Assembly (NCBI GenBank): GCA_024686035.1
Contig: JAIBDW010000001.1
Location: 19,439-83,438, forward strand
DNA length: 64,000 nucleotides
DNA from: Oceanospirillaceae bacterium
GTDB taxonomy: Bacteria > Pseudomonadota > Gammaproteobacteria > Pseudomonadales > Balneatricaceae
Direction: 5' to 3'
Made by a program: the position numbers and the translations under genes. Within the stretch, counting starts at the first letter, position 1. Each line of letters begins with the position of its first letter. The notes beneath the pieces were generated by a model, which was given only the letters and a program-made list of their open reading frames with translations, was not told where the DNA came from and searched no databases. Shown here in pieces: positions 1-10,203 of this stretch.

Positions 1-531
1 AAGCGTAACGGTCAACTACAAGGTGGCGTGGTAGGTACTCAAATGAGTAATTTGGGTATGGAGCTTGGGCTCAAAGACTTAGGTATAGATTTTGTGCGGG
101 CCAAAGTTGGTGATCGCTATGTTATGCAACAGCTTAAAGAAAAAGGCTGGAAGTTGGGTGGAGAATCATCAGGGCATCTAATTTGTAGAGACCTAACTAC
201 CACCGGTGATGGCATTGTTGCTGCTTTGCAAGTTCTGCAAGCCATGCAGACTAGTGGTAAAACACTGCATGAATTAAAAAATGAAATGCGAAAAATGCCG
301 CAAAAATTGATTAACTTGCGGTTTTCACATCGCGTCAATTTAGCAGATTTCCCAGCCATAGATGACGCAGTTAATGCCATTGAAGAGCGTATGGGTGGGC
401 GAGGACGCGTTTTACTGCGGCCTTCAGGCACAGAGCCTGTGGTGCGAGTCATGGTAGAGGGTGAAGATGTTGATTTAGTTAATCAATACGCTCAAGAGCT
501 TGCTCATGATGTAAATGAGATTATTAATTAA
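1..531 (+). CDS. glmM: Phosphoglucosamine mutase, C-terminal part (5' end lies outside the window)
   Basis: Frame is open from base 1 (KRNGQLQGGVVGTQMSNLG); motifs VGDRYV, GGESSGH, DGIVAAL and RPSGTEPVVRVMVEG; glmM-tpiA-secG synteny. Confidence 0.97.
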   Translation, partial: KRNGQLQGGVVGTQMSNLGMELGLKDLGIDFVRAKVGDRYVMQQLKEKGWKLGGESSGHLICRDLTTTGDGIVAALQVLQAMQTSGKTLHELKNEMRKMPQKLINLRFSHRVNLADFPAIDDAVNAIEERMGGRGRVLLRPSGTEPVVRVMVEGEDVDLVNQYAQELAHDVNEIIN

Positions 532-584
532 GTCCAACCCAGTTTGTATTGTTGGCTAATTATTCAGTAATAATGGTGAATCCC

Positions 585-619
585 TTGTTTAGGCGCTTTA
601 ATTTGAGTATTATTGCGCG
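585..619 (+). promoter_or_regulatory. Sigma70-like promoter for tpiA
   Basis: TTGTTT (585-590), 17-nt spacer, TATTAT (608-613), then a GC-rich stretch TGCGCG. Confidence 0.5.
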
Positions 620-656
620 CTTAAATTGGATACCTTAGGTTTTTTCACGAAAGGTT

Positions 657-1415
657 ATGGCAATGGCGAAGATGATAGTTGCAGGCAACTGGAAAATGAA
701 CGCCAGCAAAGAAACTGTAGCCGCTTTATTAAAGGGCCTAAAGCAGGGCGCGTTAGCGGTTAAAAATGCTCAACTTGTAGTATTTCCTCCGTTTCCGTAC
801 TTAGCTCAAACTCAGATAGAGCTGGCGGATACCCGCATTGCCATTGGTGTACAAAATATTTGTGCGGCTGACAACGGTGCCTATACTGGGGAAGTATCTT
901 TAGCCATGGCTAAAGAGTTTGGTGTGAGCTACGTTTTGGTGGGTCATTCTGAGCGCCGTGCACTTTATGCAGAGGGTGATGCACAAGTGGCACTGAAGTT
1001 TATGGCGACCCAGGCAATGCAAATTACCCCGATTTTATGTGTGGGTGAAACTTTAGAGCAGCGTGAGCAAGGCTTGACAATAAGTGTTGTTACGGGTCAA
1101 ATCCAGGCCGTTATTGACGCTGCCGGTGGCGCCAGTTTTGCCAATGCAGTAGTGGCTTACGAGCCAGTTTGGGCGATTGGAACTGGGCTAACAGCAAGCC
1201 CAGCTCAAGCCCAAGAAGTGCATCAGGCTATACGTGCTCATTTGGAGCGTGTGGCTCCAGAGCAAGCGGCAGGTTTGAAGATTTTATATGGAGGCAGTGT
1301 GACTGCATCCAGTGCGCAAGAGTTATTTGCTCAAGCAGACATTGATGGCGGCCTAGTAGGCGGCGCATCATTACAAGCCGATTCATTCTTGGCCATTGGT
1401 CAGGCGGCGAAATAG
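657..1415 (+). CDS. tpiA: Triosephosphate isomerase
   Basis: Motifs AGNWKMN, GHSERR, AYEPVWAIGTG, LYGGSV and DGGLVGGASL. Confidence 0.98.
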   Translation: MAMAKMIVAGNWKMNASKETVAALLKGLKQGALAVKNAQLVVFPPFPYLAQTQIELADTRIAIGVQNICAADNGAYTGEVSLAMAKEFGVSYVLVGHSERRALYAEGDAQVALKFMATQAMQITPILCVGETLEQREQGLTISVVTGQIQAVIDAAGGASFANAVVAYEPVWAIGTGLTASPAQAQEVHQAIRAHLERVAPEQAAGLKILYGGSVTASSAQELFAQADIDGGLVGGASLQADSFLAIGQAAK

Positions 1416-1456
1416 ATGAATGCTTATTTAAGCATAATTAGTTTAAAGCGAGAAAT

Positions 1457-1807
1457 TTGATGGAAGTTGCAATCCTAATTGTACATGTACTGTTAGCCGT
1501 AGCCTTAATAGGCTTTATAATGATTCAGCAAGGTAAAGGTGCCGATGCAGGCGCTTCTTTTGGTGGCGGTGGTGCTTCCCAGACTGTATTTGGTAGTAGT
1601 GGCTCGGGTAACTTTTTGAGTCGTACTACCGCTATTTTAGCCGCTGGTTTATTTGTCACCAGCTTTGCACTGGCAATCTATGCCAAGCAGCAAGCTAGCA
1701 GTATTTCTGATGCGGGCATTCCTGTTGTTGAGACTGTAGAGCAAGCTCTTCCAGTACTGGAAGAAGTTCTAACGCCTTTAGACAGCGATGTTCCTGTAAC
1801 GCAGTAA
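1457..1807 (+). CDS. secG: Preprotein translocase subunit SecG
   Basis: Two TM segments and QQGKGADAGASFGGGGASQTVFGSSGSGNFLSRTT; lies between tpiA and tRNA-Leu. Confidence 0.96.
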   Translation: MMEVAILIVHVLLAVALIGFIMIQQGKGADAGASFGGGGASQTVFGSSGSGNFLSRTTAILAAGLFVTSFALAIYAKQQASSISDAGIPVVETVEQALPVLEEVLTPLDSDVPVTQ

Positions 1808-1815
1808 AGAGTAAT

Positions 1816-1901
1816 GCCGACGTGGTGGAATTGGTAGACACGCCACCTTGAGGGGGTGGTGAGCTATGCTCGTGCCGGTTCAACTCCGGCCGCCGGTACC
1901 A
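1816..1901 (+). tRNA. tRNA-Leu(GAG)
   Basis: D-arm GGTGGAATTGGTAGACAC; anticodon arm CCACC-TTGAGGG-GGTGG; long variable arm; T-arm GCCGG-TTCAACT-CCGGC; encoded CCA; usual position after secG. Confidence 0.97.
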
Positions 1902-1930
1902 AACAATCGTCCATAAATTCTAAGGACGTG

Positions 1931-1960
1931 CAAAAAGCCCCGCATTTGGGGCTTTTTTTT
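1931..1960 (+). terminator. Rho-independent terminator after tRNA-Leu
   Basis: AAAAAGCCCC-GCATTT-GGGGCTTTTTTTT hairpin with U-tract. Confidence 0.9.
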
Positions 1961-2201
1961 GCCTGTTATTTGCATTGGTCCAGGTAGTGATTTGGATCAG
2001 GTCATCGCGTGCCCATACCATTAGCTTGATGTCTTTGTTGTTATGGTGTGTGCAGAAAAAATGATGGTGATCGCCAGTGGTGGGTAAATATAATGCGCTT
2101 GTTTGCTTTCAAGACTTGCAAATACATGGGCGAGGATTGAAAATATAGTGACATAGCAAATAAGATGTTTGCTTTTTATGGTAACTTGTAGGGTCGTGTT
2201 A

Positions 2202-2453
2202 ATGTTGCTTACAGTGGATGAACAGTCAAGAGTAATAGAAATGGCTTGGGAGGATCGAACTCCTTTTGAGGCGATTGAACAACAGTTTAAAATGAATGAG
2301 TCGCAATTGATTCGTTTTATGCGGTCTAGTTTGAAATCAAGGAGCTTTAAACTTTGGCGCAAGAGAGTCAGTGGTCGTGCCACCAAACACACCCAGCTGC
2401 GCAGTGATGACGTGAGTAGAAGCCATTGCCCAACGCAATATAAGCATCGGTAA
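2202..2453 (+). CDS. DUF2805 / TIGR03643 family small protein
   Basis: Recognisable pattern SRVIEMAWEDRTPFEAIEQQF...MRSSLKSRSFKLWRKRVSGRATKH. Start placed at ATG 2202 rather than 2169. Confidence 0.85.
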   Translation: MLLTVDEQSRVIEMAWEDRTPFEAIEQQFKMNESQLIRFMRSSLKSRSFKLWRKRVSGRATKHTQLRSDDVSRSHCPTQYKHR

Positions 2454-2489
2454 TATCATTACCGGCTGTTTAAACGAGAGGGATCAAGT

Positions 2490-2789
2490 ATGCCTAAAGG
2501 CTACCTAATTGGGTTTGTTAAAGTTACTAATGCACTAGAATTTAAGGCCTGCTATAGTTCAAAAGTGGTGGGCGTCTTTGCAAAGTACGAGGGTAAGTTT
2601 ATCGTTCAAACAGACGTGACAAGCCATCATGAGGGCCGCCTCTTTGATCGCCATGTTATTGTTGAATTTCCAAGTGTAGAAAAGGCAGTATTAGCAGTAG
2701 ATAGTGCAGAATATCAACAGATCAAATCCCATAGAGTGAATAACAGTGATATAGACTATGGGTCATTTATGCTGGTGTCAGGCGTTTAA
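2490..2789 (+). CDS. DUF1330 family protein
   Basis: 99 aa; MPKGY...YEGKFIV...EG...VIVEFPSVEKA...SAEYQ fits the dimeric alpha/beta barrel DUF1330 pattern; GAGGG SD upstream. Confidence 0.75.
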   Translation: MPKGYLIGFVKVTNALEFKACYSSKVVGVFAKYEGKFIVQTDVTSHHEGRLFDRHVIVEFPSVEKAVLAVDSAEYQQIKSHRVNNSDIDYGSFMLVSGV

Positions 2790-2853
2790 TTCTGGTGCCT
2801 GTTGAATGGATTTATGCTGTGCTGGGTTAACAGATAAAAATATTGGAGTAAGT

Positions 2854-3297
2854 GTGCGCTATTTACATACGATGATCAGAGTAAAAGATTTAACTGCCTC
2901 ACTAAATTTTTGGTGTGACCAGCTAGGCTTGGTTGAAGTGAAGCGATCAGAGCATGAGTCAGGACGGTTCACTCTAGTGTTTTTGGCAGGCGCTGTTGAT
3001 GAGGCCCAGGCGCGTGATACGCAGGCACCTTTGTTAGAGCTTACTTACAACTGGGATGAGGGTGAAGCCTTGAGTACAGGCAGAAGCTGGGGGCACTTGG
3101 CCTATGAAGTGGAGGATATCTACCAGCTTTGCCAAACCTTGATGGATGCAGGCGTCTTGATCAATAGACCGCCTCGCGATGGTCATATGGCATTTGTAAA
3201 ATCACCTGATGGTGTTTCGATTGAATTGTTGCAAGCAGGTAGTGCGTTGGCCCCTATGGAGCCATGGGTTTCAATGCCTAATACGGGTGTTTGGTGA
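2854..3297 (+). CDS. gloA: Lactoylglutathione lyase (glyoxalase I, VOC family)
   Basis: GTG start at 2854 after GGAG gives MRYLHTMIRV; also LELTYNWD, WGHLAYEVEDIY, NRPPRDGHMAFVKSPDGVSIELLQ. Confidence 0.85.
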   Translation: MRYLHTMIRVKDLTASLNFWCDQLGLVEVKRSEHESGRFTLVFLAGAVDEAQARDTQAPLLELTYNWDEGEALSTGRSWGHLAYEVEDIYQLCQTLMDAGVLINRPPRDGHMAFVKSPDGVSIELLQAGSALAPMEPWVSMPNTGVW

Positions 3298-3344
3298 ATC
3301 TGAATATTAAATGCGGCTTTTTACTAGTTAGTTGTAATAAGTGT

Positions 3345-3380
3345 TTGACGTACAAGGAATAAATGGATATTATATGCGCA
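3345..3380 (+). promoter_or_regulatory. Sigma70 promoter for the tRNA-fMet-rimP-nusA-infB operon
   Basis: TTGACG (3345-3350), 17-nt spacer, TATTAT (3368-3373), then ATGCGCA discriminator, just upstream of the tRNA. Confidence 0.75.
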
Positions 3381-3386
3381 CTTTGA

Positions 3387-3463
<77 letters not shown>

Positions 3464-3574
3464 TTTTTAGGTCAGTGTTTTTTTACATTTACCTTTGACG
3501 AAAGTCATAAAGAAGTAATTCAGGGGTTCATGTTGTGGCGCTGTGTCACCATGAGACTGAATACATATAGTCAA

Positions 3575-3601
3575 CAAAAAGCCCCTCTTTTGGGGCTTTT
3601 T
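3575..3601 (+). terminator. Terminator hairpin / rimP leader element
   Basis: AAAAAGCCCC-TCTTTT-GGGGCTTTTT about 18 nt before the rimP ATG. A terminator-like GGGC/GCCC hairpin at this position is known in gammaproteobacteria. Confidence 0.8.
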
Positions 3602-3619
3602 GCGTTTTAGGATATTAAA

Positions 3620-4075
3620 ATGGCAGGTGCAGCAGCACAAATTGAAGCATTAGTGGCGCCAGCAGTGGTTGCGTGTGGGTGTGAGCTTTGGGGTATTGAA
3701 TATATATCACAAGGTCGCCATACCACTTTGCGAGTTTATATAGACCATGCCCAAGGCATTGGCGTGGAGCAGTGTGCAGATGTTAGTCGTCAAGTGGCTG
3801 CGGTAATGGATGTAGAAGATCCGATCACTGGGGAATACACACTTGAGGTGTCATCTCCTGGTTTGGATCGTCCTTTGTTTAGCTTGGCGCAGTATCAAGC
3901 CAGCATAGGTGAAAAATTAACTTTGAAATTGCGTTTGGCTTTTGATGGTCGCCGTCGTTTTACTGGTTTGCTAAACGGCATCGAAGGTGATGACGTGATA
4001 GTGCAAGTTGATGATGAAGAGTATTTGTTGCCTTTTGACAGCATTGAAAAAGCCAATATTGTACCGCGCTTCTAA
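3620..4075 (+). CDS. rimP: Ribosome maturation factor RimP
   Basis: LRVYID...[36 protein letters not shown]; synteny. Confidence 0.97.
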   Translation: MAGAAAQIEALVAPAVVACGCELWGIEYISQGRHTTLRVYIDHAQGIGVEQCADVSRQVAAVMDVEDPITGEYTLEVSSPGLDRPLFSLAQYQASIGEKLTLKLRLAFDGRRRFTGLLNGIEGDDVIVQVDDEEYLLPFDSIEKANIVPRF

Positions 4076-4113
4076 GCTCGGTTTTATAAGTCCAAATTAA
4101 GTGAGAGCTTGAA

Positions 4114-5595
4114 ATGAATAAAGAAATTCTGTTAGTGGCAGAAGCAGTTTCAAATGAAAAGGACGTACCAAAAGACGTCATCTTTGAAGCTATCGAATTA
4201 GCCTTAGCCACAGCGACACGCAAAAATATCAATGAAGAAAGTGATATTCGTGTCACGATTGATCGCAAAACAGGTGCAGCGACAACGACACGTTGCTGGA
4301 CTGTGGTCACTGATGAAGTGTTCACCAACCCTGAAGCTGAGTTAATCCTTGAAGATGCTCAAGTGACTAACCCTGGCCTTGAGCTAGGTGATCTTGTGGA
4401 ACAAGAATTGCCAACTGAAGCCTTTGGTCGCATCGCGGCACAAACGGCTAAGCAAGTGATTGTGCAAAAAGTTCGTGAAGCTGAGCGTGCTAAAGTCGTT
4501 GAGTTATATCGCGGACGTATTGGCGAAATCATCAGTGGTAGTGTTAAGAAAGTGACACGCGACAATGTGATCGTGGATCTTGGTAATAATGCAGAAGCAC
4601 TTATGGCTCGCGATCAGCTTATTGGCCGTGAAACATTCCGTATGGGTGATCGCATTAGGGCTTTATTGGCTGAAGTTCGTACTGAAAGCCGAGGCCCACA
4701 GCTGTTTTTAAGCCGCACAGCTCCACAAATGTTGGTTGAGTTGTTTAAGATTGAAGTGCCTGAAATTGCTGAAGAAGTGATTGAGATTCGTGCTGCTGCG
4801 CGTGATCCAGGATCTCGTGCTAAAATCGCTGTGAAGACTAATGACGGCCGTATTGATCCCATCGGTGCATGTGTTGGTATGCGAGGTTCGCGAGTTCAAG
4901 CAGTGACTGGTGAATTAAATAACGAGCGTGTTGATATTGTGCTTTGGGATGATAATCCTGCTCAGTTAGTTATTAATGCGATGGCTCCTGCAGAAGTGAG
5001 CTCTATTGTAATGGATGAAGACCGCCACGCAATGGATGTTGCAGTGAGCGATGAAAACCTGGCAATGGCTATTGGTCGTAATGGCCAAAACGTCCGACTA
5101 GCATCGGAGTTGACGGGCTGGACGATTAACGTGATGTCTGAAGAAGATGCCGCGGCAAAGCAGCAAGATGAAATAGGTGGTGTGGTTCAAACGTTTATTG
5201 ATGCCTTGGATATCGATGAAGAGTTCGCTCAAATGTTGGTAGAAGAAGGCTTTGCTAGCCTTGAAGAAATTGCCTACGTGCCGCTTGATGAAATGTTAGC
5301 CATAGATGGTTTGGATGAGGACATTGTTGAAGAGCTTCGTACTCGTGCAAAAGATAAGCTACTGAACCAGGCCCTAGCAGCAGAAGAACAGCTAGACAAA
5401 TCTGAGCCAGCTCAAGATTTGCTAGATATGGAAGGTATGGATACTCACCTTGCATTTGTATTGGCAAGTCGTGGCATCATTACGATGGAAGACTTAGCTG
5501 AGCAAGCTGTTGACGAGATTTCAGGCATTGAAGGTCTGAGTGACGAAAAAGCAGCAGAATTAATTATGACGGCTCGCGCACCTTGGTTTGTTTAA
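4114..5595 (+). CDS. nusA: Transcription termination/antitermination factor NusA
   Basis: [30 protein letters not shown]1/KH motifs ([23 protein letters not shown]) and C-terminal acidic repeats. Confidence 0.98.
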   Translation: MNKEILLVAEAVSNEKDVPKDVIFEAIELALATATRKNINEESDIRVTIDRKTGAATTTRCWTVVTDEVFTNPEAELILEDAQVTNPGLELGDLVEQELPTEAFGRIAAQTAKQVIVQKVREAERAKVVELYRGRIGEIISGSVKKVTRDNVIVDLGNNAEALMARDQLIGRETFRMGDRIRALLAEVRTESRGPQLFLSRTAPQMLVELFKIEVPEIAEEVIEIRAAARDPGSRAKIAVKTNDGRIDPIGACVGMRGSRVQAVTGELNNERVDIVLWDDNPAQLVINAMAPAEVSSIVMDEDRHAMDVAVSDENLAMAIGRNGQNVRLASELTGWTINVMSEEDAAAKQQDEIGGVVQTFIDALDIDEEFAQMLVEEGFASLEEIAYVPLDEMLAIDGLDEDIVEELRTRAKDKLLNQALAAEEQLDKSEPAQDLLDMEGMDTHLAFVLASRGIITMEDLAEQAVDEISGIEGLSDEKAAELIMTARAPWFV

Positions 5596-5626
5596 ACCAT
5601 AGCCCGACCGACAGGAGAAGACAATT

Positions 5627-8173
5627 ATGACAGATCAAACTGTCAACACCCTAGCTGAGAAAGTAGGTGTTCCGGTTGAGCGTTTGCTTAACCAAATGGA
5701 AGAAGCAGGCCTAGCTCGCCGCAAGGCTACAGACGCTGTATCTGACGAAGAGCGTAAATCGCTTTTATCGCATTTGCAAAGGTCTCATGGTGGAGAAGGC
5801 GACAACGTAGATGGCCCGAAAAAAATCACCTTGCGTCGTAAAACGACTAGTACGTTAAAAGTAGCGGGCGCCGCTGGCAAACGCACAGTTAATGTTGAAG
5901 TGCGTAAAAAGCGCACTTATGTTAAGTCTGAAGAAGATGATCAAGCGGTTGTCATTGAAGCTGAAAAGGCTGAATTGTTAGCCCGCAAAGCCAGTGAAGA
6001 AGCTCAAGCTCAAGCTGATGCACAAGCTAAAGCAGCTGCAGAAGCGCTTGCAAGTGCCGCGGCTAAAAGTGAAGCAGATGAGCAAGCTAATAAGGCTAAA
6101 GCTGATGCGGTTGCCGCGGCAGCTGCGAAAGCGCCAATTCCGCCTTCGCCTGCCGTTACAAAGGCCGCTGCAAGTGCACAGGCCCCTCGTCAAAAAGCGA
6201 CTGAAGAGACTAAGAAGAAGCCTACAAACCAAAAGACATTTACTACACCTGATAAGCCTCGTGGTGGAGCTCCTGCTGGCAAAGGCAAAGGTAAAGGGCG
6301 TGCATCAGGCGGCCGTGATGACCGTAGTCGAGGCAAGGGTGCCCGTAATAAAGGCAAACTTGCGGCACCTAAGCGTTCTGGAAATGGCGAGCATGCCTTT
6401 GAAGTGCCTACCGAAAAGGTGATTCATGAAGTGCATTTGCCCGAATCTATCACTGTGGCAGATTTGGCTGTACGCATGAAGGTTAAAGCTGCTGAAGTGA
6501 TTAAGGTGATGTTCAATATGGGTGCTATGGCAACCATCAACCAGGTGATTGACCAAGAAACAGCGACGATTGTTGTTGAAGAAATGGGTCATACCGTTAA
6601 GTTGGTCATGGATGACGCCATTGAAACTGAAGTCGTAGAAAGTATCAACTACGAAGGTCAAGAAATTCCTCGTGCTCCAGTAGTGACTGTCATGGGTCAC
6701 GTTGACCATGGTAAAACCTCCTTGTTGGATAGTATTCGCTCTACTAAAGTTGCCTCTGGTGAGTCTGGTGGTATTACTCAGCACATTGGTGCCTACCATG
6801 TAGAAACAGACAAGGGTATGGTGACCTTCTTGGACACTCCAGGACATGCTGCTTTCACAGCCATGCGTGCTCGTGGAGCTAAGGCGACTGATATTGTTAT
6901 CTTAGTTGTTGCTGCAGACGACGGCGTTATGCCACAAACTGAAGAAGCAGTGCAGCATGCTAAGGCTGCTGGCGTACCTTTGATTGTAGCGATCAATAAG
7001 ATGGATAAAGAAGGCGCTGACGTAGATCGTGTGAAGACTGAATTGTCTAGCCGTGAGGTGGTGCCAGAAGATTGGGGCGGTGTCACTCAGTTCATTCCAG
7101 TATCAGCTAAAAATGGCGATGGCATTGATGCCTTGCTAGACGCTGTGTTATTAGAAGCTGAAGTGTTAGAGCTTACTGCAGTGCCAGAAGCACCTGCTAA
7201 AGGTGTTGTGGTTGAAGCTAGGCTTGATAAAGGCCGTGGTTCTGTAGCGACTATATTGATTCAAAACGGCACCTTGAAAAAAGGTGATATTGTATTGGCT
7301 GGACAGCAGTTTGGCCGTGTACGTGCGATGTTGGATGAAAATGGTAAGCCTATTACTAGTGCTGGCCCTTCTATTCCTGTAGAAATTTTAGGCTTAGGTG
7401 GTACCCCTGACTCAGGTGAAGATTTCGCTGTAGTTGCAGATGAAAAGAAAGCCCGTGAAGTGGCCCTCTTCCGCCAAGGCAAGTACCGTGATGTGAAAAT
7501 TGCCCGTCAACAAGCCTCTAAGTTAGATGCTATGTTTGAAAATATGGGCAAAAACCAAGCGTCTGTATTAAACGTGGTACTTAAGACAGATGTACGTGGT
7601 TCGTTGGAAGCACTAACTAGCTCTTTGATGGAAATTGGTACCGAAGAAGTTAAGGTGCAGGTTGTATCTAGTGGTGTTGGTGGTATTGCTGAGTCTGATG
7701 TTAACCTTGCTGTAGCGTCTAACGCTGTGATCTTTGGTTTTAACGTTCGTGCAGATACTCCTGCTAAGGCGCTTATCGAGAAAGAAGGCATTGATCTACG
7801 TTATTACAGCGTAATCTACGACATTATCAACGATGTTAAAGCCGCACTTTCTGGCATGTTGTCACCAGAATTACGAGAGACCATTGTTGGTATTGCAGAA
7901 GTTCGCGAAGTCTTCCGTTCGCCTAAGTTAGGTCAAATTGCAGGTTGTATGGTTACCGAAGGTACTGTGCATCGCAGCAAGCCTATCCGTGTATTAAGAG
8001 ATAACGTGGTGATCTACGAAGGTGAGTTGGAATCCTTGCGTCGTCATAAAGATTCTGTTGCCGATGTGCGTAATGGTATTGAGTGTGGTATCGGTGTGAA
8101 GAGCTACAACGATGTTCGTGTGGGTGACCAAATCGAAGTCTTCGATACAGTCGAAGTCGAGCGGAGTTTGTAA
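5627..8173 (+). CDS. infB: Translation initiation factor IF-2
   Basis: [35 protein letters not shown] and ECGIG; Ala/Lys-rich N-terminal linker. Confidence 0.99.
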   Translation: MTDQTVNTLAEKVGVPVERLLNQMEEAGLARRKATDAVSDEERKSLLSHLQRSHGGEGDNVDGPKKITLRRKTTSTLKVAGAAGKRTVNVEVRKKRTYVKSEEDDQAVVIEAEKAELLARKASEEAQAQADAQAKAAAEALASAAAKSEADEQANKAKADAVAAAAAKAPIPPSPAVTKAAASAQAPRQKATEETKKKPTNQKTFTTPDKPRGGAPAGKGKGKGRASGGRDDRSRGKGARNKGKLAAPKRSGNGEHAFEVPTEKVIHEVHLPESITVADLAVRMKVKAAEVIKVMFNMGAMATINQVIDQETATIVVEEMGHTVKLVMDDAIETEVVESINYEGQEIPRAPVVTVMGHVDHGKTSLLDSIRSTKVASGESGGITQHIGAYHVETDKGMVTFLDTPGHAAFTAMRARGAKATDIVILVVAADDGVMPQTEEAVQHAKAAGVPLIVAINKMDKEGADVDRVKTELSSREVVPEDWGGVTQFIPVSAKNGDGIDALLDAVLLEAEVLELTAVPEAPAKGVVVEARLDKGRGSVATILIQNGTLKKGDIVLAGQQFGRVRAMLDENGKPITSAGPSIPVEILGLGGTPDSGEDFAVVADEKKAREVALFRQGKYRDVKIARQQASKLDAMFENMGKNQASVLNVVLKTDVRGSLEALTSSLMEIGTEEVKVQVVSSGVGGIAESDVNLAVASNAVIFGFNVRADTPAKALIEKEGIDLRYYSVIYDIINDVKAALSGMLSPELRETIVGIAEVREVFRSPKLGQIAGCMVTEGTVHRSKPIRVLRDNVVIYEGELESLRRHKDSVADVRNGIECGIGVKSYNDVRVGDQIEVFDTVEVERSL

Positions 8174-8182
8174 GGGCTAACC

Positions 8183-8569
8183 ATGGCACAAGAATATAGT
8201 CGCACCCAGCGTGTGGCAGACCAAATACAGCGTGAACTAGCATCCCTAATCCAGCGCGAGGTGAAAGATCCTCGCGTAGGTATGGCGACAGTGAGTGCAG
8301 TAGAAGTATCCCGTGATTTGTCTCATGCTAAAGTGTTTGTCACTATTTTTAATGGCAGCGAAGACGAGCAAGAAATCGTGGAGTCAATAAAGGCGCTTAA
8401 TAGCGCTGCTGGTTTTTTACGTAGCCAGTTAGGCCAGCGCATGAAGCTGCGCATTGTGCCTACTCTGCGTTTTCATTATGACGATAGTTTGTCACGTGGT
8501 AATTATTTAAGTAACTTGATTGACCAAGCTAGGGCATCTGACCCAGAGCAGGCCTCTGATGCTGAATAA
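8183..8569 (+). CDS. rbfA: Ribosome-binding factor A
   Basis: [14 protein letters not shown]...DPRV...[11 protein letters not shown]...PTLRFHYD. Confidence 0.97.
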   Translation: MAQEYSRTQRVADQIQRELASLIQREVKDPRVGMATVSAVEVSRDLSHAKVFVTIFNGSEDEQEIVESIKALNSAAGFLRSQLGQRMKLRIVPTLRFHYDDSLSRGNYLSNLIDQARASDPEQASDAE

Positions 8570-8575
8570 GCGCTA

Positions 8576-9553
8576 GTGGCTCGTCAACCTAAAGGCCGTG
8601 AAGTAAGCGGCATCCTTATTTTAGATAAGCCCACAGGCATGAGTTCTAACCATGCCTTGCAAAGAGTTAAGCGCATGTTTGGGGCCCGTAAAGCTGGCCA
8701 CACGGGTGCTCTTGACCCTTTAGCGACGGGTTTGCTACCTATTTGCTTAGGTGAAGCGACCAAGTTTAGCCAGTTTCTGCTCGATTCTGATAAACGTTAT
8801 CAAACCATTGGTAAACTTGGTGTACGCACCGACTCTAGCGATGCAGACGGTAAAGTTGTGGAAACCAAAGCATGTGACCACATTACTTTAGCGGATGTCG
8901 AAGCTCAGTTACCACAATTTCGTGGCCTTATTAGTCAGGTGCCTTCCATGTTTTCAGCGCTAAAGTATAAAGGGCAGCCTTTGTACAAATTGGCGCGGGC
9001 TGGAAAAACGGTGGAAGTGAAACCCAGACAAGTCACCATCCACAATTTGGAACTTTTGGATTTTTCTAATAATCAAGTTCAGATGGATATTACCTGCACT
9101 AAAGGCACGTATATTCGCAGTATTGTGGAAGATTTAGGTTTGTCATTAGGGTGTGGTGCTCATGTGGCGCAGCTAAGGCGCTTGCAGGCTGGGCCTTTTG
9201 TAGCCGAGCAAATGGTGACCTTGGAAGACTTGCAGGCTATTATTGACGAAGCAACTAAGGAACAAGTGGTTGAAGAAGGTAAGTGGCCAGACATCACCCC
9301 TGCCTTTGAAACCCTAGACAAGCTATTAATGCCTGCAGATACTGCCGTTTTGACATTAAATGCTGTACACTTAGCACCCGATGAAATAGAGGCGTTACAG
9401 CAAGGTAAGGTTATAGACCATACTACTGACTACGCCTTATTTGATGTGGTGCGAGTGTATAGCTTGCATGGTACCCAAGCGGACGCCTTTATTGGCTTGG
9501 CCGAGGTACAACCTGAAGGTCGCTTAAAAGCTAAACGCTTGATGAGCACTTAG
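8576..9553 (+). CDS. truB: tRNA pseudouridine(55) synthase
   Basis: LDKPTGMSSN, KAGHTGALDPLATGLLP, VPSMFSALKYKG and CTKGTYIRS. Confidence 0.97.
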   Translation: MARQPKGREVSGILILDKPTGMSSNHALQRVKRMFGARKAGHTGALDPLATGLLPICLGEATKFSQFLLDSDKRYQTIGKLGVRTDSSDADGKVVETKACDHITLADVEAQLPQFRGLISQVPSMFSALKYKGQPLYKLARAGKTVEVKPRQVTIHNLELLDFSNNQVQMDITCTKGTYIRSIVEDLGLSLGCGAHVAQLRRLQAGPFVAEQMVTLEDLQAIIDEATKEQVVEEGKWPDITPAFETLDKLLMPADTAVLTLNAVHLAPDEIEALQQGKVIDHTTDYALFDVVRVYSLHGTQADAFIGLAEVQPEGRLKAKRLMST

Positions 9554-9601
9554 ACTTTCATTTACGTTGCGCTGTAAATATGCACGGTGTTAACACTAAC
9601 G

Positions 9602-9659
9602 AACCCCTAGTCATTTTATTAAAGTGGCCAGAGGGCATATTAATTATTGGAGAATTACC
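9602..9659 (+). promoter_or_regulatory. Putative rpsO (S15) autoregulatory leader
   Basis: Hairpin CCCT-AGTCATTT(TATTA)AAGTGGCC-AGAGGG upstream of the GGAG SD. S15 leaders are established in gammaproteobacteria, but the fold was not computed. Confidence 0.45.
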
Positions 9660-9929
9660 ATGGCATTAACTGCCGTTGAAAAAGCTGCTGTAGTAGCTGA
9701 TTACCAAACTGCCGAAGGCGATACAGGTTCACCAGAAGTTCAAGTTGCATTGTTAACTGCGAACATTTTGGCGCTTCAAAGTCACTTCAAAGAACATAAC
9801 CATGATCACCACTCACGTCGTGGTTTGATTCGCATGGTTAACCAGCGTCGTAAGCTATTAGACTACCTAAATCGTAAAGACGCTACGCGTTATGTTACCT
9901 TGATTGGTCGTTTAGGCCTACGCCGCTAA
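9660..9929 (+). CDS. rpsO: 30S ribosomal protein S15
   Basis: ATG 9660 after GGAG; [13 protein letters not shown]...[22 protein letters not shown]. Confidence 0.98.
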   Translation: MALTAVEKAAVVADYQTAEGDTGSPEVQVALLTANILALQSHFKEHNHDHHSRRGLIRMVNQRRKLLDYLNRKDATRYVTLIGRLGLRR

Positions 9930-10104
9930 AGTCGATTTAAGCTCACTGTATTGAGATCATGTGGCGGGCTTAAAATTTGACACAAATGCCACACTTTGCA
10001 TTTTAAAGTGTGGCAAATAGAGGCTAGGTGACCGATCGGTTACTTGGCCTTTATTGTATTCGCTGTAAGCAAAAAGAGAGGATCGGCCCGTACTCTTATT
10101 CGCT

Positions 10105-10183
10105 TGGTATAAAGGTTGGCATTCAGCCTCATCGAGTCAATAAGTGTACTGGTGGATTAGATCGCTCAATTGATTGCAGAATC
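10105..10183 (+). promoter_or_regulatory. Putative pnp promoter and RNase III-type leader hairpin
   Basis: Extended -10 TG-G-TATAAA (10105-10113), then an imperfect long stem from about 10121 to 10182. The layout matches the E. coli pnp leader. Confidence 0.45.
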
Positions 10184-10203
10184 ATTATTTTATGGAGATA
10201 TAT

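Noticed and set aside
1962-2024. Short frame ending ...VIACPYH-stop, resembling half a Rieske motif
   Set aside because: Only 20 codons, no start codon and no first Rieske box; likely chance.
2021-2392. 123-aa minus-strand ORF
   Set aside because: Overlaps the well-supported DUF2805 gene on the opposite strand and has no family features.
2448-2853. Islet genes as integron cassettes (typical cassette-like cargo; inverted repeat CGGTAAT-ATC-ATTACCG at 2448-2464; GTTGAAT near 2801)
   Set aside because: No paired RYYYAAC/GTTRRRY ends forming an attC after any of the genes, spacers too short, and no integrase in view.
3299-3318. ARG-box-like TGAATATTAAATGC upstream of the tRNA-fMet promoter (E. 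coli metY has ARG boxes)
   Set aside because: Spacing and right half-site do not fit TGAAT-W4-ATTCA, and there is no tandem second box.
5994-6422. 142-aa Lys/Leu/Arg-rich ORF in another frame inside infB
   Set aside because: Shadow of the GCT/GAA/AAA-rich low-complexity IF2 linker; no SD or family signature.
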